From assembly GCF_963921235.1 (NCBI RefSeq), contig NC_086097.1:165542001-165606000 (forward strand): DNA of 64,000 nucleotides, in the 5' to 3' direction. Source of the stretch: Mobula hypostoma (taxonomy: Eukaryota). The position numbers and the translations under genes are program-made. Positions 38,560-51,919 of this stretch are shown here, piece by piece. The notes below the pieces were generated by a model. That model had not been told where the DNA came from, ran no database searches, and was given only the letters and a program-made list of their open reading frames with translations. Each line of letters starts with the position of its first letter. Position 1 is the stretch's first letter.

Positions 38560-39830
38560 ATAATTGTTCAAATTCTTTGTACTTTGCAAACTTCTGATTT
38601 TTATTATAAAGGATTTGTGCTGGGTCCACTGTTGTTTTGTCATATATAGACCCCGATAAGAATGTTGTGATATGACAGATGATACTAAAATTGATTGTGT
38701 TAAGGACAGTGAAGGTTGTAGACTTAGCCACTCCATCATGGACACAAGCCTCCTCACTCTCAAGGTCACCTTGAAAAGGTGGTGCCTTAAGAAGGTGGCA
38801 TCCACCATGATGGATCCTCACCACCCAGGACATGCCTTCTTTTTATTACTACCATCAGGGAGAAGGTACAGGATCCTGAAGATTCACACTAAAGATTTTA
38901 GGAACAGTTTCTTTCCCTCTGCCATCAGATTCTGAATGGTCAATGAACTTAAGGACACTACCTCATCACCATTCCTCTTTAACACTTAAAATATTATTGT
39001 AAATTACAGAAATTTATAATGCCTGAATTGTACTGCTGCAACAAAACAACAAATTTCACGACTTACGGCGGTGACAATGAACCTGATTTCAAAGTTACAA
39101 CAGGGAGGATCTAGATCAACTGGGAAAATGGGCAAAGAAAAGGCAGATGGAATTTAATTGAGAAGTGCAGTGATTTTTTTGGGAATCTAAACCAGGGAAA
39201 ACATAACTCCATGAATTTCAGGGCACTGGGGACAGTTCTAGAATGGAGAAAAACAGTTGTAAAAGCTGTGTTTGATACAATCGCCTTCTGTTGGGACATT
39301 GAGTAAGGGAGTTGGGATATCACGTTACAAGATGTTGGTGAGACCATACCTGAAATATTGTGCGCGGTTCTGGTCGCAATATTATAGGAAGCATGATTAA
39401 ACTTGAAAGGGTGCAGAAAAAATTCACAACAACACTGCTGGGAGTGAGAAGCTTGAATTACAGAACAAATCAGATAAGCTGGATCTGTTTTCCCCGAGAG
39501 AGGAGGCAGCTAAGGATTGACCACAGTGAAGTTTATAAAATCATGGGGGGCATAGGTAAGGTGGATCATCTTTTTCCCTGAGGTGGCAAATCTAAAATCA
39601 GAAGGCATAAGTTTAAAGTGAGAGGGACAAAATAACAGGGATCTTGGGGGCATATTTTTCCTCTCAAGAGGGTGGTGGGTGTATGGAATGAGCTGTCAGG
39701 AGCCACAATACTTAATAGTTTGGACAGGTACATAGAAGGATAGGTTTAGAAGAATAGGGGCCAAATGCAGCAAATGGGATTAGCTCAGGCAGGTACCTTG
39801 CTCTGCCGAAGGGCATATTTCTCTGCTTCA
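38560..39830 (+). mobile_element. Old CR1 fragment with a nested Rex1-like 3' fragment (about 38720-39090)
   Basis: gatgatactaaaattg (DDTK) and LERVQKKFT remnants flank DPHHPGHAFFLLLPSGRRYR...FRNSFFP. Confidence 0.65.
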
Positions 39831-40429
39831 CGATTACATGATCCATATGCAGTTCAAATAAGTGCATACAGATTGTAGACAACTATTCTAGGCAATGAGC
39901 CAAAATTGCTAGAATTGGCCCATACAATTGTGGTTTTTTTCTCTGAGTCAGGTTTGTGAACAGAGACTGCTATAAACAAACACTAAGATTTACTTACAAT
40001 TCAGGTAGGTATTATCAACACAGAATTGCTTTATGTACAAAAATCTTGTTATAAGAACAATTTAATTATCAGGAAGGGTATGATTACATACTCTGCAGCA
40101 AGTTGTTTTTACGCACTGGTTGGTAAACCACGAATTGATGGTGATTATTTTAAAACTGAGAGGATAAAAATAACTGTGGCCAGGAGAGAAATCAAGCTTA
40201 AGTTCAGATTTTGGAGCAGAATTGAATAGGAACTATTTACATATTAAAAATGCAAATTGTTCTTTAAACATAAAGTAATTATTTTTAAAAATTTCAGCAC
40301 AGACAGCAATTAATTTATCTGCTGCAAAAAAATACCCAAGAAATATCTATAGAATATATTTAAAAATTAGCCCACTCAAGCCAAAAAGAAAAGCTGTGGA
40401 ATATTCAAATTGCTCATTAAAGCACGTAC

Positions 40430-40530
40430 TCAGAAAGCTCAGCTCTGAAGCGCCAGTTCCTGCTGTTATCTGTTACCATAAATTCTTGGAGCTGAGATAG
40501 ATACTCCCTTCTCTTTTCTGCTTGAAGCAA
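40430..40530 (-). CDS. PPP4R1: PPP4R1 exon (not in ORF track)
   Basis: Manual translation LLQAEKRREYLSQLQEFMVTDNSRNWRFRAELS(E); tttacag acceptor, GA|gtacgt donor; 101 nt, phase 0 to 2. Confidence 0.95.
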
Positions 40531-41703
40531 CTGTAAAACAAAGCAAAAATGATTTGATAGTAAATATTTTTAAAAGGATAACCTGTAATGCATATTGGTA
40601 TACCAGAACATTGAATCAAAAATGAGGAAAATTTCACTACTGCAGATATTATGTAATAAAATATTCAAGTTTACAAAATTAATGTTTAGGGAATAACAGG
40701 ATAGATATACAGTTACAACCACATCCATCACCTACTTTAATGTAACTATCAAAGTAGTTTATTTACTATTCGGTGAATTTTTTGTTGATGAATTGAACAC
40801 TTTTCCCTTGGTGACTCAGTCCCCAAAACAAGCACATACAAGTTAAGCACAGCTCAAGCCTACAAAATAGTCATGGTTCGAAGGTGGAGGAATTCTGAAT
40901 TTTTCAGACAGTTTATTTTGCACTGCAAGTTTTCGCATCCCTATCTTTGAAGGAATTGGTTCATTGCTGTGGTGCAGGTCCCATAACACTGGGAATACCT
41001 CTGTAACTGGTCATCAATTGCATGGATGTTTTCCAGGTGAGGCTGCTTGACAAAATAGTAATTTTATCAATGTTAACAGGGATTCCCAGACAGATCAGGA
41101 GTAGATACCCTTATATTACAGTAGTATTTAAGAACAAACAATTAAAATGGCATGGCACAGAAGACTGCATATCAGCCAAATACTGGAAAATAGATTAGCA
41201 GAGATAAGTACTGGCAGCTGGCACACGGACATTGCGGGTTAAAGGGTTTGTACATGGTTTAGACACGGGTGGTTAAGGTGCACAGCACAAAGTCAAAATG
41301 ACCAGTTTGAGTAAGGCTCAACTGAGGGATAGTCATCAATATTCAATTTCTTTTCTATTAGATTCATTGTGCTCTTCTCTCTCCTTGCCTCTAATTGTCA
41401 TTTTCAATTCAGCATCAATTCAGTGGTCATTTTCATTCTGTGGTCTTGTGCCAAAGGATAATTCCAGAAAGAATTCTTGTGGACATAAAGATCCCAATTA
41501 CACAGGAGGTATTAGAGACACAGGAGATTGCAGGTGTTGGTACCTGGAACAAAACTACTAGACAATCTCTGTAGGAGGTACTAGATCCAAATTCCAACAA
41601 TAAAAATACAGGCTATTAAAATCTTGTACCTGCCCACACCACCTGACAACACTTTACATTCTGAGACCACTAACAGACTGAAATCGCTGAACCCAGAAAT
41701 TAC

Positions 41704-41865
41704 CTTTAAGAAGTCATATAAGTGTTTTAAGACTCCTATTCGTACTTCATCGAGATCTTTTAAAAAACCATTAAAAATGGGAACCAAATCTGCTGCGGTC
41801 AACTGATCTCCAAGAATGACTGCCAACTCATGAATGGAGAATGCAAGAGTCCTTCGAACTTTCCA
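41704..41865 (-). CDS. PPP4R1: PPP4R1 exon (HEAT repeat)
   Basis: WKVRRTLAFSIHELAVILGDQLTAADLVPIFNGFLKDLDEVRIGVLKHLYDFLK; ttttcag acceptor, AAG|gtaat donor; 162 nt. Confidence 0.97.
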
Positions 41866-42589
41866 CTGAAAATTCAAAGCAGAAATACTTAAAACAAGTA
41901 GATACGGTACATAGCTACATCTTACCATGTATACATTTACCTCAATTTTTAACGCTGATTAGCTACCTTTATTTTGCAACACCCATTTCAGAAAGATATT
42001 TTCCACTTTTTCATCCAAAACTAAAGGTGGAATGGTAGGGCAGGTAGAGATGGGAAGGCATGAAGGAAAGTTGATAATACTGAAACATGGGAAGCTCAGC
42101 TTGAAATGGACTACTCCTGGACCCAGAAGATTTTTAACCTTCTCCAAGATGGTCAACGGCATCAACATGCAAAACTTAATTTCAGTTTTTTTTTTGCAAG
42201 TTTCAACCTGATAACACTTTGACATGTTTTATATCAAGTACACCAAATTTGACTCCACACAAAACTTTGCTTTTACTCTGCTGAAATACTTTCAATCTGG
42301 TAGTTGCACATTTGATTTTTGTTCCACACTCTGCATTATAAATATTGCTAAAATTTTAAGTCTGAGGGTTCACAAATACATTACCTAGCCAAATATCATC
42401 CTTTCATATCACAACTACTCTAATCACAGATCATTACATTTTCAATGAAAAAAATCAAGTTATAGTTTCAATTCAAAAACTGCTAATTCAAAATTATTGG
42501 CTTTAATTCTATTTTCTTTAATGGGGATGATCACATTAAACATGACATTGTTTTTTTAAATGTGGATATAGATTCCAAAAGGAAAGAAG

Positions 42590-42882
42590 GAGATGTGGCT
42601 TCACAACAGAAGCCCAGCTTTGATCCTGGCCTTGGGTGGTGTCTATGTGGAGATTGCACATTCTCTGTGACTGCAGTTTCTTCTCGATGCTCCAGTTTCC
42701 TCCTACATCCTAAATAAGTGCATTATGGTAGTTTAATTGGCCATTACTAATTCCCCCAATGTTTAGCTGAGTGGATGAATCTGGGAGGAATTGATCAGAA
42801 TATGCAGAGAATAAAATAAAGGATTAGTGTAAGTGGGTGGTTGATGGTCAACACAAACTTGTTGGACCCATTCCTGTGCTCA
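42590..42882 (+). mobile_element. Degraded V-SINE (HE1-like)
   Basis: ctccagtttcctcctacatcc...ttaattggccattactaattccc V-domain-like block. Confidence 0.55.
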
Positions 42883-43214
42883 TAAAGGGACCATCCTGGC
42901 AATTTTATCTACCTTTGGCTGTAAGCACGTAATCCAACAATAAGGGCATTGTACTATGGAGGATCTCAGTGCTAAACCCAATACTCCTCAAACACAAAGA
43001 CTACATGCCACTTTCTGTATCCTTAAGCAAGAGTACTGCAAGTTCTGCATTTACAAATGCCTAGGTAAAATCCTCACAGACCTTTATGATCATTCTGCCG
43101 CAGGTGAGTCATTAGGGCAGTTGAAAAGAACTGGAGAGGATTATTTTTATTAAGACATATGAATTATATACAAATACAGACCATTTATTTTCAATAATTT
43201 ATTATATGGAATAC

Positions 43215-43400
43215 CTGCATATCTGAGGCCAGTGTCTCATATGTATTTTTCAGGCAATGCCAGTTTTGCCTGCCTAAAGTGAACGCCACACCAGGGAGAC
43301 TATAGGCACAGTGCTTTGCAATCTCCGTATCAACCGTCTGGGCACGTGAAGGATCAGTCATTGAAAGATATTGATCTAGCAATGCTTGTGGAACAACATC
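43215..43400 (-). CDS. PPP4R1: PPP4R1 exon
   Basis: DVVPQALLDQYLSMTDPSRAQTVDTEIAKHCAYSLPGVAFTLGRQNWHCLKNTYETLASDMQ; gtccag acceptor, CAG|gtatt donor; 186 nt. Confidence 0.97.
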
Positions 43401-44785
43401 CTGGACAAGGAAGAGAAAATATTTTAAAAGAAAATCAATCTTCTAGCTCTTGCAATATATTAGTAAAGCTTAGGACCAATATTTAAAGCTTAAACAAGTT
43501 TTGAAAACACTCAATTTGTTTCAGTTTGCCTTGCACACTCAGATGTTAAAATAGAGTCAGTAGCACAAAACAAGGTTTTATAATCTGTCAGAGCCTCAGC
43601 AATCTCAACTCACCTTCCATAGCAACCTGCAATACATCTCATTAGACCCTAGGGATTTCTTCATTTTAAAGCCTGCTCAGACATCTAATACCTCCTGCTT
43701 TTATAACAAATTTAATAGAATTTCACACTGAATTTTCAAACTACAATGTCCTTCTCCTTATTGAATGCAGATGAACTTGCCTACTTCACTGGGTCACACA
43801 TAAATCCTATGGAACTGACCCTTTCCCTGGTTAAGCCTCAGTACTTATAACTGTGCTCTTAAATTTGCCTTAATCTAATGTGCCACTAATATTTGTGCCC
43901 ACTCATTTCTTTCTTTAAATACTCCCAAACCCCACACTGCCAGTGGATCTACCACATTTTCAGTTCTGCTATTCTTTTTAATTCCTTTTTTCATGAAACC
44001 CTTGAAATTCATTGACAAACAAGGTTCCCTTGTCCTTGCCCTCACAGCAGCATATTGGCCAGGAACACTCTCTCCTTTCAAGTAACCGTTCCCAGTTGAC
44101 ATCTGCCAATTCTGAATTCTAACTTACTGAAAACTATCTTGCCCTCATTCAACATTTTTATTTCCGGTACAGTCACACAACTTCCCTTGAAACAGAGTCA
44201 CTACCTCCTGAATACTCACCACTGACACCCAATCACCTGCCTAACTGCTCTCCCTCAGATTAAGTTCAGTACTGCTCCTTCTCCTGCAAAATTATCGAAT
44301 ATTAGCTCAATCCTCTTGAATGCACTTTAAAAATTCCACCTCTGTAAGGCTTTGACACTAAGACAATTGTCCTTACCATAATACTATAATTTTTACAACT
44401 CTAATGATTTGCCAGCTCTCAATCCCGCAAAGGCTGTCCGGAGGCCTACAGTAAACACTCAGTAAAAATGGTTCTTAATTTTTTGTTTTTAAGCTCCATA
44501 CATTATTCAAAGTGATTTCTACGATATTCACCCTCATTACTACAGTGAGGGTTTCCATAATCACTAGTACAAAGCCACCTCCTTTTTAAATTCCTGCCTT
44601 GTAACCAATAACATATAATTCACTATTACACATGTCAATACAGTGCCCAGTTTTGGAAAGTAACAAATTACAACCTTTGAGTATAGCTATTTGGCTGTAA
44701 AATAGTCATCAAATATGCCGGGTGAATGAGTTCACATCTTCTTCATTTTTACAATGAGAAATCCTTACCTGCTACTTTGAATTAC

Positions 44786-44872
44786 CTGAATTTTAGATTT
44801 CTTATCATCATCAAAACTGCTTTGCCGTCTACATGAACTACCTTGGATGAACTGAAGTCTGCCTTCCAGATT
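44786..44872 (-). CDS. PPP4R1: PPP4R1 linker exon (not in ORF track)
   Basis: Manual translation NLEGRLQFIQGSSCRRQSSFDDDKKSKIQ, aligning loosely with human NMDSTLHYIH...SSFSPDEERRTKVQ. ctctacag acceptor, CAG|gtaatt donor; 87 nt, phase 0/0. Confidence 0.85.
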
Positions 44873-45197
44873 CTGTAGAGAAGCAATACAGTGAGTAAAT
44901 CAGGTGAATTTGAAGATGCTGAACATATCAGCACAAAAGAATGAGACTACATTGGAGTCACAGAATTATCCAGCATAGAAAGATCCCATTCATCCCAACT
45001 CATCCACTCATTTGTACTAATCCCATCTCTCAACCTCCGTGTCCACAGCTCTCTACATCTAAGCAATTCATATGCTCACTTTGGACACAACTTAAAAGCT
45101 GTCAGTGACTTTGCTTCAATCATTTCCTTCGATAATGCTCCAATAACCTTGACACTTTCGAGATGAAGCAAGTCCCCCACATATAGCCCTCTGAATT

Positions 45198-45285
45198 GGA
45201 TGATCAGCCATGATCATACTGAATGGCGGTGCAGGCTCGAAGGGCCGAATGGCCTGCTCCTGCACCTATTTTCTATGTTTCTATG
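45198..45285 (+). mobile_element. Short CR1 3'-end fragment
   Basis: ggatgatcagccatgatcatactgaatggcgg...ctatgtttctatg, same tail as the 36516 and 47458 copies; tgaat at both flanks. Confidence 0.75.
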
Positions 45286-46626
45286 AATCTCTTTCTTGAC
45301 CCTATATTTATCTACCTATGATATGCAGAGGTTTCCTGTAATCTTACTTATCTATAGCCCTCAATTTTATAAGACTCAATATCCCACCTTAAACTCCTTC
45401 ACTCTAGGGAGAACATTCCTAGCTTCTCCAGCATAACTGAACTACTTCAGCTCAGGCAACAGCCTGGCCAATCTTTGCTGGATGCACAGTTGAGTTTTAA
45501 TTGTGTCTCATGATCACTCAGATGACAGATTTCTCATGTTTCCAAGTAAATGTTCACGATTTTGCAAAATGCTGTGTTCCAAAAGCTAAACAAACACAGC
45601 ACATGATTGTTATGCAAATAGATGCAGTCTGAAAATGATCTTAAAAACCCAAATGAATGACATCCACTATGTTATATTAGAATAAAACAATAGCTTTACT
45701 TGCAAGCAAGGAAGGGAGTTTATGGGTTGGTCTTAAATATGACAAGATTGGAATACATTTATAAAGATGTCATACTACAGTAACAGAGGCTCTGACACGG
45801 CCAAAACTGATATTATGTATGGGCTTGGTCTTAAAACCTAGAAAAAGGAATTACTTGCAATAAAGAATCAAAGGTTGGTCTTGGTACAGCATGCTGGCTG
45901 TACGTGGAGAGATTAGGTAGAACAGGCCTAATTTTTCTGGGGTTTGTAGAATAAGAAGTGAAGTCTGAGACTAAAAATTCTAACCAGGCTCAACAGGGTG
46001 AACTTCCCCTGCCATAGCAATCTATAACTACAGAAGTCAGTCTCAGAATAAAGGAATAGACTGATTACCATAGAAACTATTACAGACTTCTTTAAAGGGT
46101 GATGAATCTTTGGTATTCTCTATTCTGCAGGTTGAAAAAACTCAATAATTTTATTTTTTTTTAAAAATCAATATATTTCTGGATATTTATGAAATCAAGG
46201 GATATGCAGAGAGTGCTAGAAAGTGAAGATCTGGCCAAAAACTGGCCCTGATCATAACAAACGGCAGAGCAGACGCAGAGGGCTCAAATGTGGCCAAGAA
46301 CAATAAGCTACATAATGCTTCGAGATAACTGAATGTTAGAGAATCAGCACTATTTTATCTGCTTGCAATACTGGCTTTCCACACTATACACCATGGATTG
46401 GTGCAATTTCTCCTTGCTTCAAAAAGTTCAATTCAGAAAGGTACTCAGAGAAATAAATGCAGAAGTCACCAACTATCTGAAGTTCAGCAATAGGTGGCTC
46501 TGATAAACAAAACACCAGACTTGGTAACCAAATTTGTCAGGACAGTAATTGACAAATCCTTGTTCTTTAATCACAATATTTAAGTTTTTCATGCAATTTT
46601 TGCATACAAATTTTTCATAATCTCAC

Positions 46627-46728
46627 CGTCTCAAAATAGGTGAATACACGATCATCTGTTACCATTGTTGAAAAGGGCGATGCATTCGGTGATTGGTTGA
46701 CATGCACTGGATCACTAACACAATCTTC
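46627..46728 (-). CDS. PPP4R1: Candidate extra/cassette PPP4R1 exon (34 aa)
   Basis: Pyrimidine-rich acceptor ...ttcacctgtatttacag, donor ACG|gtgaga; 102 nt, phase 0/0, no stop: EDCVSDPVHVNQSPNASPFSTMVTDDRVFTYFET. No homology recognised. Confidence 0.55.
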
Positions 46729-47047
46729 CTGTAAATACAGGTGAACACAGATGAAGCTGATAAAACTGACTTAATTATTACTAAATTCAAGCACTGATAT
46801 TGGCATTTCCCAAATTAATGAATTATTTTGTGAAGGTGTGAAATGAGAGCAGATTAGATATTATATATAAAACACTACATCTTTATTCTAAGAAAAATGT
46901 TTAAAAATATCTTACAATTTGCACATTATATTTAGCTTCCAATAAAGCAGCTTTGCCCCAAATTATGAGTGACTAAATCACAATTTCATTAAGCTTTGAT
47001 CACAATGTAGCAGGTCAACTGATCAAAGATGATAAATAATTTTTCTC

Positions 47048-47157
47048 TGAAGATGCTGCAAATCTTGAGCAACAAACAAAATGCCGGAGGAATTCAACAA
47101 GTCAAACAACATCTATGCAGAGGTCAACATTTTGGGCTAAGACTCTTCCTCAGAAAC
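47048..47157 (-). mobile_element. Degraded Penelope-like terminal repeat
   Basis: agatgctgcaaatcttgagcaacaaacaaaatgc...; minus strand CUGAGGA-AGAGUCUUAGCCC-AAAA-UGUU-GAC. Confidence 0.6.
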
Positions 47158-47457
47158 CAAAATGATTTTTGAACTAGTTTCTAAATCAGACTATTTGGTT
47201 CAAAAATGATGTATAGAGTACTGCATACAAAAATCAAATATTCATAAGCACAAACACAGGACATGGTATTTGTGACTGTGCAGTCATTAAGTAAAACAAA
47301 ATTTTATGTTCAGAACTAGCCTGAGAAAGTGCTCCTAATATTGTAGTACTCTGACCAAAACTAGTTAGAATTCCTGAGGTGTTTTCTGAGCAGAGCACCA
47401 AGGAAGATATTCAAGCACTGGAATTAGCTCAGAAGATGTCTCTAGGTATCACATGGT

Positions 47458-50400
47458 TCATAGAAACATAGAAAATAGGTGCAGGAGGCCATTCAGTATG
47501 ATCATGGCTGATCATCCAACTCAGAACCCTGTACCTGCCTTCTCTCCATAACCCCTCATGCCTTTAGCCACAAGGGCCATATCTAACTCCCTCTTAAATA
47601 TAGCCAATGAACTGACCTCAACTGTTTCCTGTGGCAGAGAATTCCACAGAATCACCACTCTCTGTGTGAAGAAGTTTTTCCTCATCTCGGTCCTAAAAGG
47701 CTTCCCCTTTATCCTTAAACTGTGGCCTCTCGTTCTAGACTTCCCCAACATCGGGAACAATTTTCCTGCATCTAGCCTGTCCAATCCCTTTAGAACTTCA
47801 TACGTTTCAATAAGATCCCCCCTCAATCTTCTAAATTCCAGTGAGTATAAGCTTAGTCAATCCAGTCTTTCATCATATGAAAGTCCTGCCATCCCAGCAA
47901 TCAATCTGGTGAACCTTCTTTGTACTCCCTCTATGGCAAGAATGTCTTTCCTCAGATTAGGGGACCAAAACTGCACACAATACTCCAGGTGTGGTCTCAC
48001 CAAGGCCTTGTACAACTGCAGTAGTACCTCCCTGCTCCTGTACTCGAATCCTCTTGCTATGAATGCCAGCATACCATCTGCCTTTTTCACTGCCTGCTCT
48101 ACCTGCATGCCCACTTTCAATGACTGGTGTACAATGACACCCAGGTCTCATTGCACCTCCCCTTTTCCTAATCAGCCACCATTTAGGTAATAATCTGTTT
48201 TCCTGTTCTTGCCACCGAAGTAGATAGCCTCGCATTTATCCACATTAAATTGCATCTGCCATGAATTTGCCCACTCACCTAACCTATCCAAGTCACCCTG
48301 CATCCTCTTCACAGCTAAAACTGCCGTCCAGCTTCGTGTCATCCGCAAACTTGGAGATGCTGCATTTAATTCCCTCGTCTGTCATTTATATTGTGAACAA
48401 CTGGAGTCCCAGCACTGAGCCTTGCGGTACCCCACTAGTCACCGCCTGCCATTCTGAAAAGGTCCCGTTTATTCCCACGCTTTGCTTCCTGTCTGCCAAC
48501 CAATTCTCTATCCACATCAATACCATACCCCCAATACCGTGTGCTTTAAGTTTGCACACAAATCTCCTGTATGGGACCTTGTCAAAAGCCTTTTGAAAAT
48601 CCAAATATACCACATCCACTGGTTCTCCCCTATCCACTCTACCAGTTACATCCTCAAAAAATTCTATAAGATTTGTCAGACATGATTTTCCTTTCACAAA
48701 TCCATGCTTTGTCCGATGATTTCACCGCTTTCCAAATATGCTGTTAACACATCTTTGATAACTGACTCTAGCATTTTCCCCACCACCGATGTTAGGCTAA
48801 CTGGTCTATAATTCCCTGGTTTCTCTCCCCCCTTCCTTTTTAAAAAGCGGGGTTACATTAGCCACCCTCCAATCCTCAGGAAGTAATCCAGAATCTAAGG
48901 AGTTTTGAAAAATTATCACTAATGCATCCACTATTTCTTGGGCTACTTCCTGAAGCACACTGGGATACAGAACATCTGGCCCTGGGGATTTATCTGCCTT
49001 TAATCCCTTCAATTTACCTAACACCACTTCCCTACTAACATGTATTTCCCTCAGTTCCTCCATCTCATTAGACCCTCGGTCCCCTACTATTTCCGGAAGA
49101 TTATTTATGTCCTCCTTAGTGAAGACAGAACCAAAGTAGTTATTCAATTGATCTGCCATGTCCTTGTTCCCCACCATCAATTCACCTGTTTCTGACTGTA
49201 AGGGACCTACATTTGTATTAACCAATCTTACTCTTTTCACATATCTATAAAAGCTTTTACAGTCAGTTTTTATGTTCCCTGCCAGCTTTCTCTCATAATC
49301 TTTTTTCCCTTTCCTAATTAAGCCCTTTGTCCTCCTCTGCTGGACTCTGAATTTCTCCCGGTCCTCAGGTGTGCTGCTTTTTCTGGCTAATTTGTACGTT
49401 CCTTCTTTGGAATTGATACTAACCCTAATTTCCCTTGTCAGCCATGGGTGCACTACCTTCCCTGGTTTATTCTTTTGCCAAACTAGGATAACAATTGTTG
49501 TAGTTCATCCATGCGATCTTTAAATGCTTGCCATTGTATATCCACTGTCAACCCTTTAAGTATCATTTGCCACTCTATCTTAGCTAATTCATGTCTCATA
49601 CATTCAAAGTTACCCTTCTTTAAGTTCAGAACCTTTGTTTCTGAATTAACTATGTCACTCTCCATCTTAATGAAGAAGTCCACCATATTATGGTCACTCT
49701 TACCCAAGGGGCCTCGCACGACAAGATTGCTAACTAACCCTTCCTCATTGCTCAATACCTCGTCTAGAATGGCCTGCTCTCTAGTTGGTTCCTCGACATG
49801 CTGGTTCAGAAAACCATCCCGCATACATTCCAAGAAATCCTCTTCCTCAGCACTCTTACCAATTTGGTTCACCCAGTCTATATGTAGATTGAAGTCACCC
49901 ATTATAACTGCTGTTCCTTTATTGCACACATTTCTAATTTCCTGTTTAATGCCTTCCCCAACCCCACTACTGTTAGGTGGCCTGTACATAACTCCCACCA
50001 GCGTTTTCTGTGTTATGCAGCTCTACCCATATCGATTCCACATCCTCCCGGCTAATGTCCTTCCTTTCTATTGTGTTAATCTCCTCTCTAACCAGCAATG
50101 CTACCCCACCTCCTTTTCTTTCATGTCTATCCCTCCTGAATATTGAATATCCCTGAATGTTGAGCTCCCATCCTTGGTCACCCCGGAGCCCCGTCTCTGT
50201 GATCCCAACTATATCATATTCATTAATAACTATCTGCACTTTCAATTCAACCACCTTGTTACAGATGCTCCTTGCATTGACACACAAAGCCTTGCTTTTA
50301 CAACACTCTTAGCCCTTTTACAATTATGTTGAAAAGTAGCCCTTTTTGATTTTTGCCCTGGATTTGCCTGCCAGCCACTTTTACTTTTCACCTTACTACT

Positions 50401-50794
50401 TTTTGCTTCTACCCTCATTTTACACCCCTCTGTCTCTCTGCACTTGTTCCCATCCCCCTGCCACATTAGTTTAAATCCTCCTGAACAACAGTAGCAAACG
50501 CTCCCCCTAGGACATTGGTTCAAGTCCAGCCCAGGTGCAGACCATCCTCTTTGTACCGGTCCCACCTCCTCCAGAACTGGTTCCAATGCTCCAGAAATTT
50601 GAATCCCTCCCCCTGCACCATTTTTCAAGCCACGTATTCATCTGATATATCCTCCTATCTCTACTCTGACTAGCACGTGGCACTGGTAGTAATCCAGAGA
50701 TTATTACCTTTGTGGTCCTACTTTTTAGTTTATCTCCTAACTCCCTAAATTCACCTTGTAGGACCGCATCCCGTTTTTTACCTATATTGTTCAT
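47458..50794 (-). mobile_element. Nearly full-length CR1 LINE (ORF1 esterase end, APE, RT), frameshifted
   Basis: [59 protein letters not shown]; tail catagaaacatagaa on the plus strand. Confidence 0.95.
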
Positions 50795-51404
50795 TTATCA
50801 AGGACTGCTTTCCTTAAAAATAACTTTAAAATGAAATCCTATGAAGTACCAATTTAACCAAAATGTGAAGCAGTACATGGATCAAAAGGAGTGAAGGGCA
50901 AACTTGGAGCTAAAGTCAAACAAGCTACAAAAAAAAATTAAAGCAAAAAAATGTCAGAAATACATAGTTATAATAGGTTATGATCTTGGTATAAGCACCA
51001 TATCAGAATGTACATGGTGAACAGAGAATATGAATTTTAAAAAAATGAACACGATGCTAGAGTATCAGTCGTCCATTTTCCATATTATTGTTATTACCCG
51101 CGCTACCAGGAAGACCTTCATACCAATCAAAAGTTGTTTCTGGATGAAAATTGTGGTTGCTTCTTGGTGGGTGATCGGAGAACATAGACCCCCTTGTGTA
51201 TCTATCTAGTCGGAACTCTACATTTTCAAATTGGATTTAATGTCATTTTACATGAAAAAATTACTTTTAGTGTACTGTAAAATCAAATCAATAAACTACC
51301 ACATACTAATGGCAATTAACCTTTGGCCAATCACTAGATTTAGCCAACAGTGTCATTCATTTAAAAGAATGCCAAAGTCCAAGCCTCTGTGTTGGCTAGC
51401 CTAC

Positions 51405-51583
51405 CTCAACGATAGCTGAAATTTCAGCCATTAAAGGCACATTGTCCTGGTCAATATTTGTGGTATCAACTGCAGCAGATTCTGTTTGTGACTGTGTCTG
51501 GTTAGACAGTGGCCCTATAGATTTTTCTTCCTTTAACTCAAGATTCGAAGCTTGCAGTGCAGCAGTTAGAACATCCACTTGTG
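51405..51583 (-). CDS. PPP4R1: PPP4R1 exon
   Basis: (A)QVDVLTAALQASNLELKEEKS...DNVPLMAEISAIVE, cf. human AQVEVLSAALRASSL...VPLISDAVE. ttgcag acceptor, GAG|gtaggc donor; 179 nt, phase 1 to 0. Confidence 0.93.
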
Positions 51584-51919
51584 CTGCAAGACAAAAAAAA
51601 ATTCCCACTTAAATTTTGTAATCACGTTGACAATTTTCAGAATGATGTCCTCCACTTTCAAAACAATCCTCATTAATTTTACAATCAATAAGGTTACTTA
51701 AAAATTGTCAGTAAACAATTTCAAACACTTCAATATCGTTGGGTAAGTGCATTAATCATTATAAAACCAAATTGAGAACAAATTACCTTTTCCAAGAAAG
51801 CAAGCAGTTCTCCAACAAGTTGTGAGCAAGTCTAAAAGGGCTAATTATGTGGCTTCTCTCAAAATAGTACTTTCACCACCTCTCCATTCTCAACCCTAGA
51901 ACTTTTTGTTTTAAACTTT

